A stretch of 20,000 nucleotides of DNA, taken from positions 57,910-77,909 of the forward strand of contig NKIB01012477.1 of NCBI GenBank assembly GCA_002256025.1. Direction: 5' to 3'. This DNA comes from Asterionella formosa. Its lineage: Eukaryota. The translations under genes were made by a program, and so were the position numbers. Shown piece after piece: positions 1 through 10,344 of the stretch; the first letter of the stretch is position 1, and each line of letters starts with the position of its first letter. The notes below the pieces were generated by a model. The model was not told where the DNA came from, ran no database searches, and saw nothing but the letters and a program-made list of their open reading frames with translations.

Positions 1-2055
1 ATCTTTTTCTTCGCACTCTCGCAACTGAGTCACTTCTTCAGCCATGGGTTCAACTTGACGCATGGCATTTGCATTACGCTCGATTGCCATATCAACTTCA
101 TAGCGCTCGTCTTCAATCCGAAACATAGTTTCCTCATAAGGATTATTCCGCTCACAAGGTCCGTCATAATCTTCCGGCGAAGACATCATTGCGGCTCGTT
201 GAGGCTTTGGAGCCACACAAACAACTTCGCTGTTCAAAACAGACGCATCCGACTCTGTCTGACCGGAATGACTGTCAAGAATATTCTGAGGGTAGTCGTT
301 TGGAAGACTACGATACGATGGCGTAATCTTCTCACTGTGAGAAAAGTCAAAGTCCCGCACCTGTAGCCCTCCATATTTGGAACTATTTTTGATGGCATTT
401 TCTTGGTTGGCAAAATGTCCGCGTCCAACAAGAACTTCTTCGAACTCACGAAGGAGTTCTTGTGCATCATTGGCAACCGCAGGGTTGCAAGCTCCACCAC
501 CGGCATTGACGCCACTCTTGGGAGCATGTCCTTGCATCAAAAGACCTCGCAACAATGCGACAAGTTCTTCCTTATTCAATATGTTCGCCCCAAACAAATG
601 CAGGCACTTGAGAAACTCAGTATACGGCGTGTGACGACGAGAACCAGGTGGTTTGTCTGGAGCCAATTCCTTGCGCTTCAAATGTAGCTTGGCTCGCTCA
701 AAAAAAGCTGCTTCAGCCGTGGTTGGCTGTATTGGAAGCTCAGGGACGGTCTGGGGCCGTCCATTCTTTGTAGCAGCAGCTGCCGGCGACAATTCCTTCC
801 GACGTGGTGGACGAACAGCAGCAAACGACACACTTCCGTAGATTGAAGACCGACAAATTTCACGTTCCCGCTCGTCTGAGCGTCCCTGAGTTGCTCCGAA
901 AGGAATCGGCGCTGGGATAGCACTGCAACTGCCTTGCTGTGACTGCACTGGTGTTGGTTGACGTGGACGTGGCACCACCGCTGCTGCAACTGCCTGAGGC
1001 TGCATACCTTGGGCAGTTTGCATTATTGCTTGTTTGGCGGCTTTGGAACGGATCTTGGCCTCAGCCTCCTTAGCAACCTGGTCCAATTGCGCTTTTGCTT
1101 GCGCCTGTACGGCATCGGGAAGGAAATATGTAAATTCTTTCAGCAAATCGGGATGCTCAGCAAACAAGACGGAAACTTCATCCAAAACTTCTTTAATCCC
1201 ACGCTGTTCCTTTTGGTAGGTATGGAGAATTTCAAGAAACTTCTTGTATGTATCTGGTTCCGTTGCAAAGCGACGCTTGATCGTCGTGACATAATTAATT
1301 GCATGATCAAACTCGACTGGAGGTTGGGACGCCGCTTCTGAGGATGAAATTTGTTGCTCTTGTTGCTGTGGGGGGAGGGGAGCCCTTGTATCTGTGCGAG
1401 CATCCGAGGAAAATTCCACACCCACTTGTTGTGGAATTCTCCCTACAAGACGAGGAGCTCCTGGCTGTTGTCGAGGTGGTCCTGGTGGTATAGGACGACG
1501 CGGTTGTTGTTGTTGCTGCTGCTGCTGAGCATGTGGTTGTTGCTGTGTCTGTTGTTGCATCGAAGGACGCTGCTGTTGAATGTGCTGCTGGTGATGCTGC
1601 TGAAATCCAGGTTGGTCAGCAACCATACCAGCCCCGCTCTGAGTGTGCTGTTGAGAAGGAGGCGGATGAGCCGCAAACTTGAATTCCATTTGCTGTGGGG
1701 CAACTGTGGCCCTCGACCCTGCAGGGTTCTCGGGAGGAGGTGGTCCAGCCAAAATATGAGTCACTCCTGGTTGACCGGGGACGCGGTAGACAGCCACTGG
1801 AATGCCATCCCCGTCAATTGGCAATTCAATTTTGTATCCTTCTGGGAGAAAGGTGTTGAACCCTAGAACCAACTTTTTGTTTCCTTGGAACAAAGTGGAG
1901 ACACGACGAATGACTCCGGGCGTATCAATCTGTTGGGTTTTGAACGTCTTCATGATATCCAAAAACTCATTGTAAATGTGAGGGCGGTCCCCAAACTCCA
2001 CCTTGACCTGGTCAAGATAGAGGAGGGCATCCTCTACCCTCAGTTCTCGCATCAT
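1..2055 (-). CDS. SIN3: Paired amphipathic helix co-repressor Sin3 (5' part; continues beyond the window start)
   Basis: Manual translation of the - strand gives 685 stop-free codons from ATG 2055 to base 1. It contains PAH1 (MMRELRVEDALLYLDQVKVEFGDRPHIYNEFLDIMKTFK...IDTPGVIRRVSTLF...LVLGFNTFLPEGYKIE), a Q/P-rich linker, PAH2 (PVEFDHAINYVTTIKRRF...YKKFLEILHTYQKEQR...HPDLLKEFTYFLPD), PAH3 (EAAFFERAK...YTEFLKCLHLF...KEELVALL) and the HDAC-interaction domain (TPSYRSLP...VLN...NPYEETMFRIEDERYEVDMAIERN). Confidence 0.96.
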   Translation of the reverse strand, partial: MMRELRVEDALLYLDQVKVEFGDRPHIYNEFLDIMKTFKTQQIDTPGVIRRVSTLFQGNKKLVLGFNTFLPEGYKIELPIDGDGIPVAVYRVPGQPGVTHILAGPPPPENPAGSRATVAPQQMEFKFAAHPPPSQQHTQSGAGMVADQPGFQQHHQQHIQQQRPSMQQQTQQQPHAQQQQQQQQPRRPIPPGPPRQQPGAPRLVGRIPQQVGVEFSSDARTDTRAPLPPQQQEQQISSSEAASQPPVEFDHAINYVTTIKRRFATEPDTYKKFLEILHTYQKEQRGIKEVLDEVSVLFAEHPDLLKEFTYFLPDAVQAQAKAQLDQVAKEAEAKIRSKAAKQAIMQTAQGMQPQAVAAAVVPRPRQPTPVQSQQGSCSAIPAPIPFGATQGRSDEREREICRSSIYGSVSFAAVRPPRRKELSPAAAATKNGRPQTVPELPIQPTTAEAAFFERAKLHLKRKELAPDKPPGSRRHTPYTEFLKCLHLFGANILNKEELVALLRGLLMQGHAPKSGVNAGGGACNPAVANDAQELLREFEEVLVGRGHFANQENAIKNSSKYGGLQVRDFDFSHSEKITPSYRSLPNDYPQNILDSHSGQTESDASVLNSEVVCVAPKPQRAAMMSSPEDYDGPCERNNPYEETMFRIEDERYEVDMAIERNANAMRQVEPMAEEVTQLRECEEKD
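1504..1605 (-). repeat. CAG/CAA-rich polyglutamine tract in the Sin3 PAH1-PAH2 linker
   Basis: Encodes FQQHHQQHIQQQRPSMQQQTQQQPHAQQQQQQQQ in the Sin3 frame. Confidence 0.85.
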
Positions 2056-2821
2056 TTTCGCAACAAGTGTTGGCTGCAAAGGTGAAAAGCATGAAGAAAG
2101 TGAGACGACATGTATTTTGGGCAAAATGTAAAAAACCTGATGGACAAAATAGTTTGAGGCGACAGGGACACTCTTGACGTCATCAATAGGAAGTGTGCCT
2201 AAAAGTAGTTCCGGGGAGTGTGATGAATCGAATCAACGATCTGATGAATACCAACACGGCAGTAATAGCTCTGGATGTTTGGCGCTGGAACTGCATGTCT
2301 CCTGGACGAGAAGCGGGTCTATGATTCAAGTATTAAGCACTCGCAGAGCCTCACAGGGGGTCCACTGCAACGGCAACTCGCTAACGGTCGTCACTTCGTC
2401 AAACGCTATATCGGAGGTAACATCATTTTCCGTCAATGCAGATTTCTTCCCGTATGTAGAAATGTACTAATTCCTATTTTTAACCAACCCGGACGACCAA
2501 AATCTCAACTATCGTCAACGACGCTATCTTGGAATGTCAACCCGAACGATTCCGGACGCAATGTCGCTCTTTCTTTTCACGAAACGCTTCAGTACAGTCA
2601 AGCCAGAGTCTGTAGCGACTTTCAGCTCTCCAATCGATCCGCACCCTCCGCTAGACCACTTCGGCTTACCACTTGAGTGCAAAATTCAACAATTTCCGTG
2701 AATGACTTGCAGCACCGCCTTTCGGAATGCTCTGTGCGCGTTTCCAGTTGCGCGTTGGCTCACGAGTAACTGTGGACTCACCTCGCCAGATACTAACTAT
2801 GGCTGCACCGATGGTAACTGA

Positions 2822-2978
2822 TACCAGTAACAGGTACCTGGTTCTGCTTACAGGATCTTACGTCCTGTACATTATATAAAGATATATTTATATATATATA
2901 CCGGTATAAAGCATTTATGTTGCACAAGGTACCAGTACCATGGTACCACATACCTGGTATACCACTACCTGGTACCAC
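2822..2978. repeat. Cluster of TA-flanked short (quasi-)palindromes plus a (TA)n tract in the divergent SIN3/Nudix intergenic region
   Basis: TACCAGTA 2822, (TA)n ~2882-2900, TACCGGTA 2899, TACCAGTA 2930, TACCATGGTA 2936, TACCTGGTA 2951 and 2966. Confidence 0.8.
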
Positions 2979-3023
2979 ATGACATGTGTGATTTATAGAA
3001 ACAAAAACACTGTTTGGTTTTGG

Positions 3024-3100
3024 TCGACGGTTCGACGGTTCGACGGTTAGCACTGGCCTTTTTATATACCGGTATGTAGCACCGGACTCACAGCCAATCA
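3024..3100 (+). promoter_or_regulatory. Putative promoter elements: (TCGACGGT)x3 and a CCAAT box upstream of the Nudix gene
   Basis: Perfect 8-bp direct repeat at 3024, 3032 and 3040. AGCCAATCA at 3092-3100, about 90 bp upstream of ATG 3187. Function is inferred from position only. Confidence 0.3.
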
Positions 3101-3186
3101 CAATAATTTATATAATTGAATCAAAGACAAAAAGTGCTCAAAGGACAGATCCTGTCTGGGACCAGAAGAAGCTTGCTTTCCGTTCC

Positions 3187-4288
3187 ATGGCACAACGTAG
3201 GAGGCGATGTCACCTTCCATGTGTGGCCACCGGTCTTGTCTGTGTGATTCTGACCGGTTAGTTCTATAGAAGCGAAGTCATTAGAACACCAAGGGCGGGA
3301 ATATCAAACGGGAGTATTATCATGTTCACTCACACACATGTCATCCTTTTCGTTCCAACCCAGCGCTCATTTATTACATTCAAGGACGATCGCTGACAAC
3401 CGAAGATCATCTCAAAAAGCTACGAGATAGCGGCGCCCATTTTGGTGTCAGCACAGGGCACTATAAAGGAGAAACATGGAAGAACAGAAACACGCTTGCC
3501 ACCACTTTGTTAGGCGAGACACCATTTGCTCGTTGCGATATGCACTCCGTATTACTGGAGGATGGAAAGACAATAATAAACGATTGGATATTCATGGTAC
3601 GTGATATCAATGATGAAGACTGAACATGAACAGATTCTTTCTCTTCAGCAAATGCCCTCATGCTTCCCGTCCAATTGATTTCTAGGAGGAACGGGATGCC
3701 GTCAATGTTGCGGTTCGAACAAAGGAAGGCGAATGGCTAGTCTTTGAAACTAACAAATACGCCATTCCGGGAAAGACTTTAAGTCCAGTGGGAGGATTCA
3801 TCAATGATGGAGAAACGCCCTGGGAAGCTGCCCGACGAGAAGTTTGGGAAGAGTTAGGTGTTGGTTCTGAGATTAGCAAACGAGAAATGGGTGAGGGACA
3901 GAACCTACTGAAATCCAAGGAATCGAAAGAAAACCCTTTTGGGACCAAGAACGGAATCAATGTACCTATTGATGAACATGGACTTGCCAAAGGTGATACC
4001 CCAGGGATAGAATCTGATTGGATTTTTCTCGGACGATATAGGACTATGGCCAATCGAGGGGGCGGCTTTCTCTACGCATACTTTCTGAAGAACGCTGTTA
4101 CTTTAGCCAATGAAGACGATGGATCCGTAGCTGGCAATCCAAACGGAGACGTTGAATCGCAGGAATTAATTAAGTTGACCAACGTAAAACTGAGGGAAGC
4201 TATTGAAAACGGGGACTTTCAAGAGGTGAAGTGGGCATTGACATTGAGTTTAGCACTGCAACGTGTTGAGTCCGTGAACGAGGAATAA
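3187..4288 (+). CDS. Nudix hydrolase (ADP-ribose pyrophosphatase-like) with N-terminal signal anchor; exons 3187-3256, 3364-3596, 3686-4288 (301 aa)
   Basis: Canonical Nudix box GFINDGETPWEAARREVWEELGV (Gx5Ex7REUxEExGU). Introns 3257-3363 (GTTAGT...CTCAC...CAG) and 3597-3685 (GTACGT...TAG) splice in frame. N-terminus is MAQRRRRCHLPCVATGLVCVILTALIYYIQ. Confidence 0.88.
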
Positions 4289-4726
4289 CAAAATTCAATA
4301 GCGCCAACCTGGTTATTCCCATTTTCATACATTTCGATTCCTTCCACAGAAGTTACGAACCGGCCACAACCTTGAACCCAATGTTTGTACCGGCAGCTTT
4401 GAAAGCAGGAACGCGAACGCCTTCCTTTTCTCCGGAGCGCAGTCCTTCTAAAACATAAGTAATTCGAGACATTGAAATGTTATTCGTCGTTAATCATAAT
4501 TGTTTCAACTCCCTAAAAAGACCGTCCCACCTGTATCGATCTGACAACGTGCAATTGAACCTGTTTTCTAGGAAGCCGATCTTGTATTTCAATGACTATC
4601 ACCCAGTCCTGAAAATCTGTTGCTTTGAATCCAAGATATTCAAGAGAATTCAGCAGTCTCAAATCAGTATGAACGCATATCACCGATACGTCAGTCATGA
4701 GCGAGAAAATACTCATCCCTACAAGC

Positions 4727-5386
4727 TTAACATCTTTGTCCAAAAATCTTGATTTGCCATAACGAAACACCCCATCCCATGGCACTGGTCCTTATCAATA
4801 TCCGAAATTGTCGAAGCTTCTTACTTTCCCCTAAAATTTCGATGGCATGAATGACATGAAGAGGGATTTTGCTTTTCACTCCAGAAGATTGGCCTGCCTC
4901 CGACTTCGTCCGTCGACTGCTGTCGACTTTTGAATCAAACATGGGTATGTATTCCTCAAATTCGTGTATTCTACCTTCGAGTCTATAGTCGTCGCTGTAA
5001 GCCGCCTCCCAATCCAATATAACAGTCGAAACGGTGACATAACTGGAAAAGTCAAGTCGTACCCAATGAGTTCCTTTAATGGCAGTCCCATGTAAATCAC
5101 TTGCAGCTTGCCATCGATCCTTGATCCAATCTGTGCCATTATTCAGCATGGTTTCGGGTGGTCCCAGATTACCTCGAACGTCTGCAGTAATGATGATGCT
5201 GGATGGATCATCTGTAAGCAGTGAAATAGGATGAGGATCATCGAGTCCGCGTGGATCGTCATTATTGAGATGTGATGGCTTTACGACGTAGTACAATAAC
5301 AGAATACTGCCAATCAGAGACATGAATGGTATCAGCGATAACATCCAGTGGTGTAGGCTTTTCCGGGGCCGTTTGATCCTCGTCAT
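4727..5386 (-). CDS. F5/8 type C (discoidin / CBM32-like galactose-binding fold) protein with N-terminal membrane anchor
   Basis: 219-aa ORF with a basic N-terminus plus hydrophobic helix (WMLSLIPFMSLIGSILLLYYVV). Motifs RWQAA...HWVRLDF...VSTVILDWEAAYSDDYRLEG...RQFRILI...WGVSLWQIKIFG match the F5/8C pattern. Confidence 0.8.
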   Translation of the reverse strand: MTRIKRPRKSLHHWMLSLIPFMSLIGSILLLYYVVKPSHLNNDDPRGLDDPHPISLLTDDPSSIIITADVRGNLGPPETMLNNGTDWIKDRWQAASDLHGTAIKGTHWVRLDFSSYVTVSTVILDWEAAYSDDYRLEGRIHEFEEYIPMFDSKVDSSRRTKSEAGQSSGVKSKIPLHVIHAIEILGESKKLRQFRILIRTSAMGWGVSLWQIKIFGQRC

Positions 5387-6633
5387 GATAGTTCGTCCGC
5401 TATGATCTCCATCATGTTAAAGTTGAACATCAGCAACTGGATATCAACCGTTGTAAAGTTTACTTTTGGTTATTTCTGGATTCGAGTGAAGTTTATCAAG
5501 TTTTTTTTCTAGGCAGAGCATCCCCACCGCATCCAACCAAATTCCAAAGCAAAAAACCCACTTATCAAAACACGTCACTTGGTCGAGAAATATTTATCAA
5601 TATACCGGTACCTGAGCTGGTTTACCTACTCTCTGAAATTGCGTAGATTCTACATATTGTTGGTATGTCCAAACTTCTTATTCACAACCTGAATTTTAGG
5701 TCAAACCGACACCTGCAAAATCTTCAGTACAGCCAGTACAAAATGTTCACACGAGGATGACTTCTACCACGGGCGGACCACACCCAACCATACCTAATAC
5801 AGAAAGAACTGATAATGATGCGTTTGAAGGCGGAGCAGACGACAAAAATATTGTTACTTAGTACGATGTACTCTATCAGGTACCTGTAGGTACTAGTACT
5901 CACTATCACTTCATTTCAACCTCAACCAAATGATAGAATGTAGATGAAATGATTCATGAATATTTAAAAGCTAGCAATAAGTAGTCTCAGTGCTACAAGT
6001 TCATCTGTTGACAATTGCTGACAACAATCAATAATGGCATCATTAGCTATTGCTTGCTTCTTCTGACAGATGCTTGAACCAACTTCCCCCATTCATTTCA
6101 ATAGCTAGCAATTCATTTGAATCAAAGTTTCAAATTCAGAATGTTGATTATAAAATTATAGGCTAAAGTGAATGTATCCATGCGACTAGCTGGTGGTATG
6201 AGTAATCTTTCACAATGAGAGCTTACCTATATGCGCTTCCACTGTGAAGCCCTTTGTTGAGGAGTCAATTAATAACAACCTCATGGAGTTCAATCTTCAC
6301 TTATATAATTCAAAGAATCATGTTCTTTGTTATTTTGTGTGCATGTTTATCTAGCCGACCTGATTTGTCAGCTTGCAACAAATGGTGGACTCTTGGTGAC
6401 AAATATACATGTTGACAGAGAATCCTCAACTAAGCTTCTTGGATGTAGTATTCATTCAAAAATCAAAATGTGCTGGAGTTACAAACATTAAAATTGATTA
6501 TTATTAGACAAATAAATTGGAAGGAAGGTGCTAACAAGAAGAGCATGGTGGTTAATCGATGATTGCTGGCAATCAATTGTACTTGAATTTGGCAGAATTG
6601 ACGAAAACAATGGATTCAGATTCTATACTAGCT

Positions 6634-7430
6634 ATGGTAAACAGAATTGATCAGACAACTACATGATCAAACTAACATTAACACGGCTGTAACTTCTATT
6701 TTTGAACAATCTGTTTTAAAAACCACATGCCACACATGAAACGAGCTGTCAGAATGGTAGCTGGCTTTACCAACATGCCACCGAGCAATGCAATATACAA
6801 TAACGGTCACACAAAGTTCACTTTTTACAATTTTGCTGAAGAGCTAGCAAGTATATCAGAGAATGGTAAACATGGTAGCTGGCTTTACCAACATGCCACC
6901 GAGAAATGCAATATACAATAACGGTCACACAAAGTTCACTTTTTACAATTTTGCTGAAGAGCTAGCAAGTATATCAGAGAATGGTAAACAGAATTGATCA
7001 GACAACTACATAATCAAACTAACATTAACACGGCTGTAGCTAACTTCAATTTGTGAACAGTCTGCTTTAAAAACCACATGCCACACATGAAACGAGCTGT
7101 CAGAATGGTAGCTGGCTTTACCAACATGCCACCGAGCAAGAATGCAACATACAATAACACAAATTTCACTTACAATTTTGCTGAAGAGCCAGCAAGTATA
7201 TCATAGAATCGTAGACAGAATTGATCAGACAACTACATAATCAAACTAACATTAACACGGCTGTAACTTCTATTTGTGAACAGTCTGCTTTAAAAACCAC
7301 ATGCCACACATGAAACAAGCTGTCAGAATGGTAGCTGGCTTTACCAACATGCCACCGAGCAATGCAACATACAATAAGACAAAGTTCACTTACAATTTTG
7401 CTGAAGAGCTAGCAAGTATGATATCATAGA
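6634..7430. repeat. Tandem array of a ~228-bp unit (3 full copies plus a 118-bp partial duplication)
   Basis: Units begin near 6634, 6981 and 7208 (..ACAGAATTGATCAGACAACTACAT..). Segment 6754-6871 is repeated at 6872-6989. Confidence 0.95.
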
Positions 7431-7652
7431 TTGAATACCGGTAGGACTTTGGTGAATTGATTTGATTAGCCATGATTGTCGCTTTATACTGTAGAAATGA
7501 GGACAAAGGTGAACTGTGGCAAAATGTAGACTGATCATATGTTTTCGCAATTTTGAATGTTTTTCTTGATTGTGACAAGGACGATGAAAGTTCATTCCGA
7601 CAAAATTCTTTCCTACAATCATGGCATATCATACATAAATTCTTATTTGGTA

Positions 7653-8484
7653 CTCCCTCCATCCGGAAACAGTTGCATCGATTTTTCAAATTTATCCGGG
7701 GCATTTTGACTCCTACGATTTTCTCCGGCTCAATTGCCCTAGTACTGTGCGGCTTTCTCTAAGCTGCAGATCCATGTACCTATAAATGTAGTAAATTTAA
7801 AATTGGCAAGACCTACATATCAAAAAACCGTTTTGGGCTTTTTCGATTTTCACTTATTGCTGCTATCACGAGCAAAATGGAAATGGATGAGGGCCCATTT
7901 TTCTTTGAACCATCTATTCTCAAAATACGTTTAATGTACGATATCAAAACAGAACAACTGCAGCTTGTGTTCAATTATGGAATGCGCAACCCTGAAAGTG
8001 TCGATGATGGATAGGATGATAACGACGGAAGCTATGCTCGTTTTGAGGATTGTAACTGTTAAATATCCGGCAGTATTGTCCAAGTAGGTGCAACAACCAT
8101 AGAAAGTATGTCGAACCACAATTATTCTATTCATATTTTAATTATTATAGTGGCTTGTAGTATTCGGTTTCCCGCAAATATTTGAATGGCCAGTCGATAT
8201 AAAACAGCATTCGGCGATACCGGTATGTACATGTACGTAATTAATGTATATTTGCTAAATTGGTTTTGAATAATTTATTTAGATGCTAAATATTTAATTA
8301 CATAAACAGAGCATATGCTCACGTCTATGTAACTCATATGAAACACATTTTTTCGAATAAGCCGATCCTCACGTAGATTGGTATGTTGGCTCCGTAATCC
8401 TTCATATGCGAACAGTAAAGACACAGGGGGTTGGTGCCAGCAAATCGATGCTAGCTACCTGGTACTGTTACTGGACGGAGGGAG
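7653..8484. mobile_element. Non-autonomous Tc1/mariner (Stowaway-like) element, 832 bp, TA target duplication
   Basis: Left end TA|CTCCCTCCATCCGGAAACAGTTGCATCGATTT (7653-7684). Right end AAATCGATGC[TAGCTACCTGG]TACTGTTACTGGACGGAGGGAG|TA (8442-8484). The outer 21 bp match 18/21, the inner 10 bp match exactly, and the interior is AT-rich and non-coding. Confidence 0.85.
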
Positions 8485-8866
8485 TACTCCATACTCCATA
8501 TGTACAACAACCCCTATGCATACCGGTATTATTATCAATCTCCCAGTATAATACCAGTTGATCAATCTACCTGTCCGGCATTGTACTTATGTGTAGCAGA
8601 GGAACCATCATACCAGCAAGTTGCGGTAATAGTGCTGGAACTAAAGGTTTAGCTATCTTTATCCGATATCAAATTGTTTATTTAAGCAAAATGACAGCAA
8701 CTTGCAGGTAGAGTACCAGGTACTGGTACCGATAATATGCGAGGATATTAGCTTAACTTTCCCTGGATTGAAAACCGTCTTCTAACTCATCGTCCTCACC
8801 TTGTTTGCGTTTCGACAATTGCCTCCCTTCTCGTTTCATACTTGAAAAAACACACACAACAACACC

Positions 8867-9982
8867 ATGAGCTCAACCACCACACTCAAGGACCCCACAC
8901 CTTCCTTTGGCGACCCGTATGACATTCTCCACGTATTGCCGAGTGCGACGAATGCCGAAATCACCAAGGCGTATCGCAAGCTGGCGCTGCAGCTCCACCC
9001 CGACAAGCAGTCGGGGAAATCCGAGAATGCCAAGGCCGACGTGAACAAGGAATTCCACAAGTTACAACAAGCGAGGAACTTTCTGTTGGAAGCCGAATTT
9101 TCAGATCAGAAAAGGATCTACGATCAACAGCGAGAATCGAACAGACGGCGACAACAAGATACTCAGAAACGAGAAGCATCCATGAGCGAAAGGCGCAAGG
9201 CAATGCGAGACGAGTTGAAACGAAAAGAAGAATTAAGCAACATAGACAAAGGCGCTGTCAATAGAAACATACGGAGGAATCAAAGACAAGAGGAAGAAGT
9301 GATGAATAATCTCCGCAAGGAAGGGACGAGAAGGAGACAAGAATATGCAGAAAGAACTTCGTCTGCTGCTGATATAGATCTGTCGCGCAAGAGGCGCCTG
9401 GACGAGAAGGCTTTGTTGGAGGCTCGCCAAGTTAGACTCAAATGGAGTCGCAAGCGTTTGTCTAAATCACCTTCGGAACATTCATTAGCTGAAATTTTGG
9501 AGAAATTCGGTACCATTGAAGGGGTTGAGCTGATTGGAGGCAAAGGGAACGCAGCCTTGATTACTTTTTCAAATCCCACAAGTTGCAAACAGTGTGTAGA
9601 TTTTTACCGTTTCTCGGAGGAAATGAGAGCGTCTTATGTAGGAAAGCGAAAGGAAGATCAGGACGAAGTGGATGAGCACGAGGAGGTTCCCACTGTGACA
9701 TCGAATCGCGATGGTGAAAACTTGCGAGAGCGACAAGCTAGGCAGCTTGCCGAACGGGAGAAAATCTTGCGAGAGATGGAGGAGAATGATGAGGGCCTCG
9801 CAGGCAAACGTGCTGATATTACAGTACCATTGCGGGAAAAAAGTAAAAACAATTTTCCTCTACAGTTTCCGGCAAATAGGGATTTTCATGCACTTTCAAC
9901 ACCACTGGAAAAGTTACAACATATGGAGCGGCTCGTTTTTGGTGACTCAACAGTCCAAGCATGGGAAAATGCAGTCCATTAA
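8867..9982 (+). CDS. DNAJC17: DnaJ homolog subfamily C member 17 / spliceosomal Cwc23 (J-domain + coiled coil + RRM)
   Basis: J-domain DPYDIL...ITKAYRKLALQLHPDK, a charged coil (MSERRKAMRDELKRKE) and an RRM (VRLKW...SEHSLAEILEKFGTIEGVEL...NAALITF). Intronless, 371 aa. Confidence 0.88.
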   Translation: MSSTTTLKDPTPSFGDPYDILHVLPSATNAEITKAYRKLALQLHPDKQSGKSENAKADVNKEFHKLQQARNFLLEAEFSDQKRIYDQQRESNRRRQQDTQKREASMSERRKAMRDELKRKEELSNIDKGAVNRNIRRNQRQEEEVMNNLRKEGTRRRQEYAERTSSAADIDLSRKRRLDEKALLEARQVRLKWSRKRLSKSPSEHSLAEILEKFGTIEGVELIGGKGNAALITFSNPTSCKQCVDFYRFSEEMRASYVGKRKEDQDEVDEHEEVPTVTSNRDGENLRERQARQLAEREKILREMEENDEGLAGKRADITVPLREKSKNNFPLQFPANRDFHALSTPLEKLQHMERLVFGDSTVQAWENAVH

Positions 9983-10344
9983 CATATTCTGAATAAAGAG
10001 CTAAACTATTTTTGGGCTCCCATGAAGATAACACCAGGGATGTGGTCACGTTTTATGCATTATTAAAAGTCACGCAACACTAAACATATCAGCGAATGCC
10101 CCAATACAGGTCCTTTCGGGTCTCATCATGGATACGACAGCTTGCAGCTAAGAAGTCACGAAAATAGGGATTCAGTACATGACTTCCATATTGAAACTAG
10201 CTACCGATAGATGATGCAATATTCACGCTTGGTCGCAATCTCGTTTGCCATGCCACTTGGAGAAGTAATGATGACAAAATGTCAGTGTTTGCGTTCAGAC
10301 TCCTATATTCACTAGCTCTATTTCAAAGGCTACACCTGGTTCAT

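Noticed and set aside
55..2085. Many short ORFs on both strands, including the Leu-rich 1351..1866 ORF
   Set aside because: They are antisense or out-of-frame shadows of the continuous SIN3 frame. The poly-Leu is the complement of poly-Gln.
2220..2280. GTGATGA...CTGA resembling C/D box snoRNA motifs
   Set aside because: The boxes are too close together, there is no terminal stem or recognisable guide, and it is antisense to the putative SIN3 intron.
4477..4785. Short ORFs between the Nudix and F5/8C genes
   Set aside because: No motifs; they lie in the convergent 3' UTR region and overlap the F5/8C stop.
6634..7430. Repeat array as a possible CRISPR or coding repeat
   Set aside because: Units are long and contiguous with no unique spacers, there are no cas genes, the context is eukaryotic, and ORFs are short and not preserved between copies.
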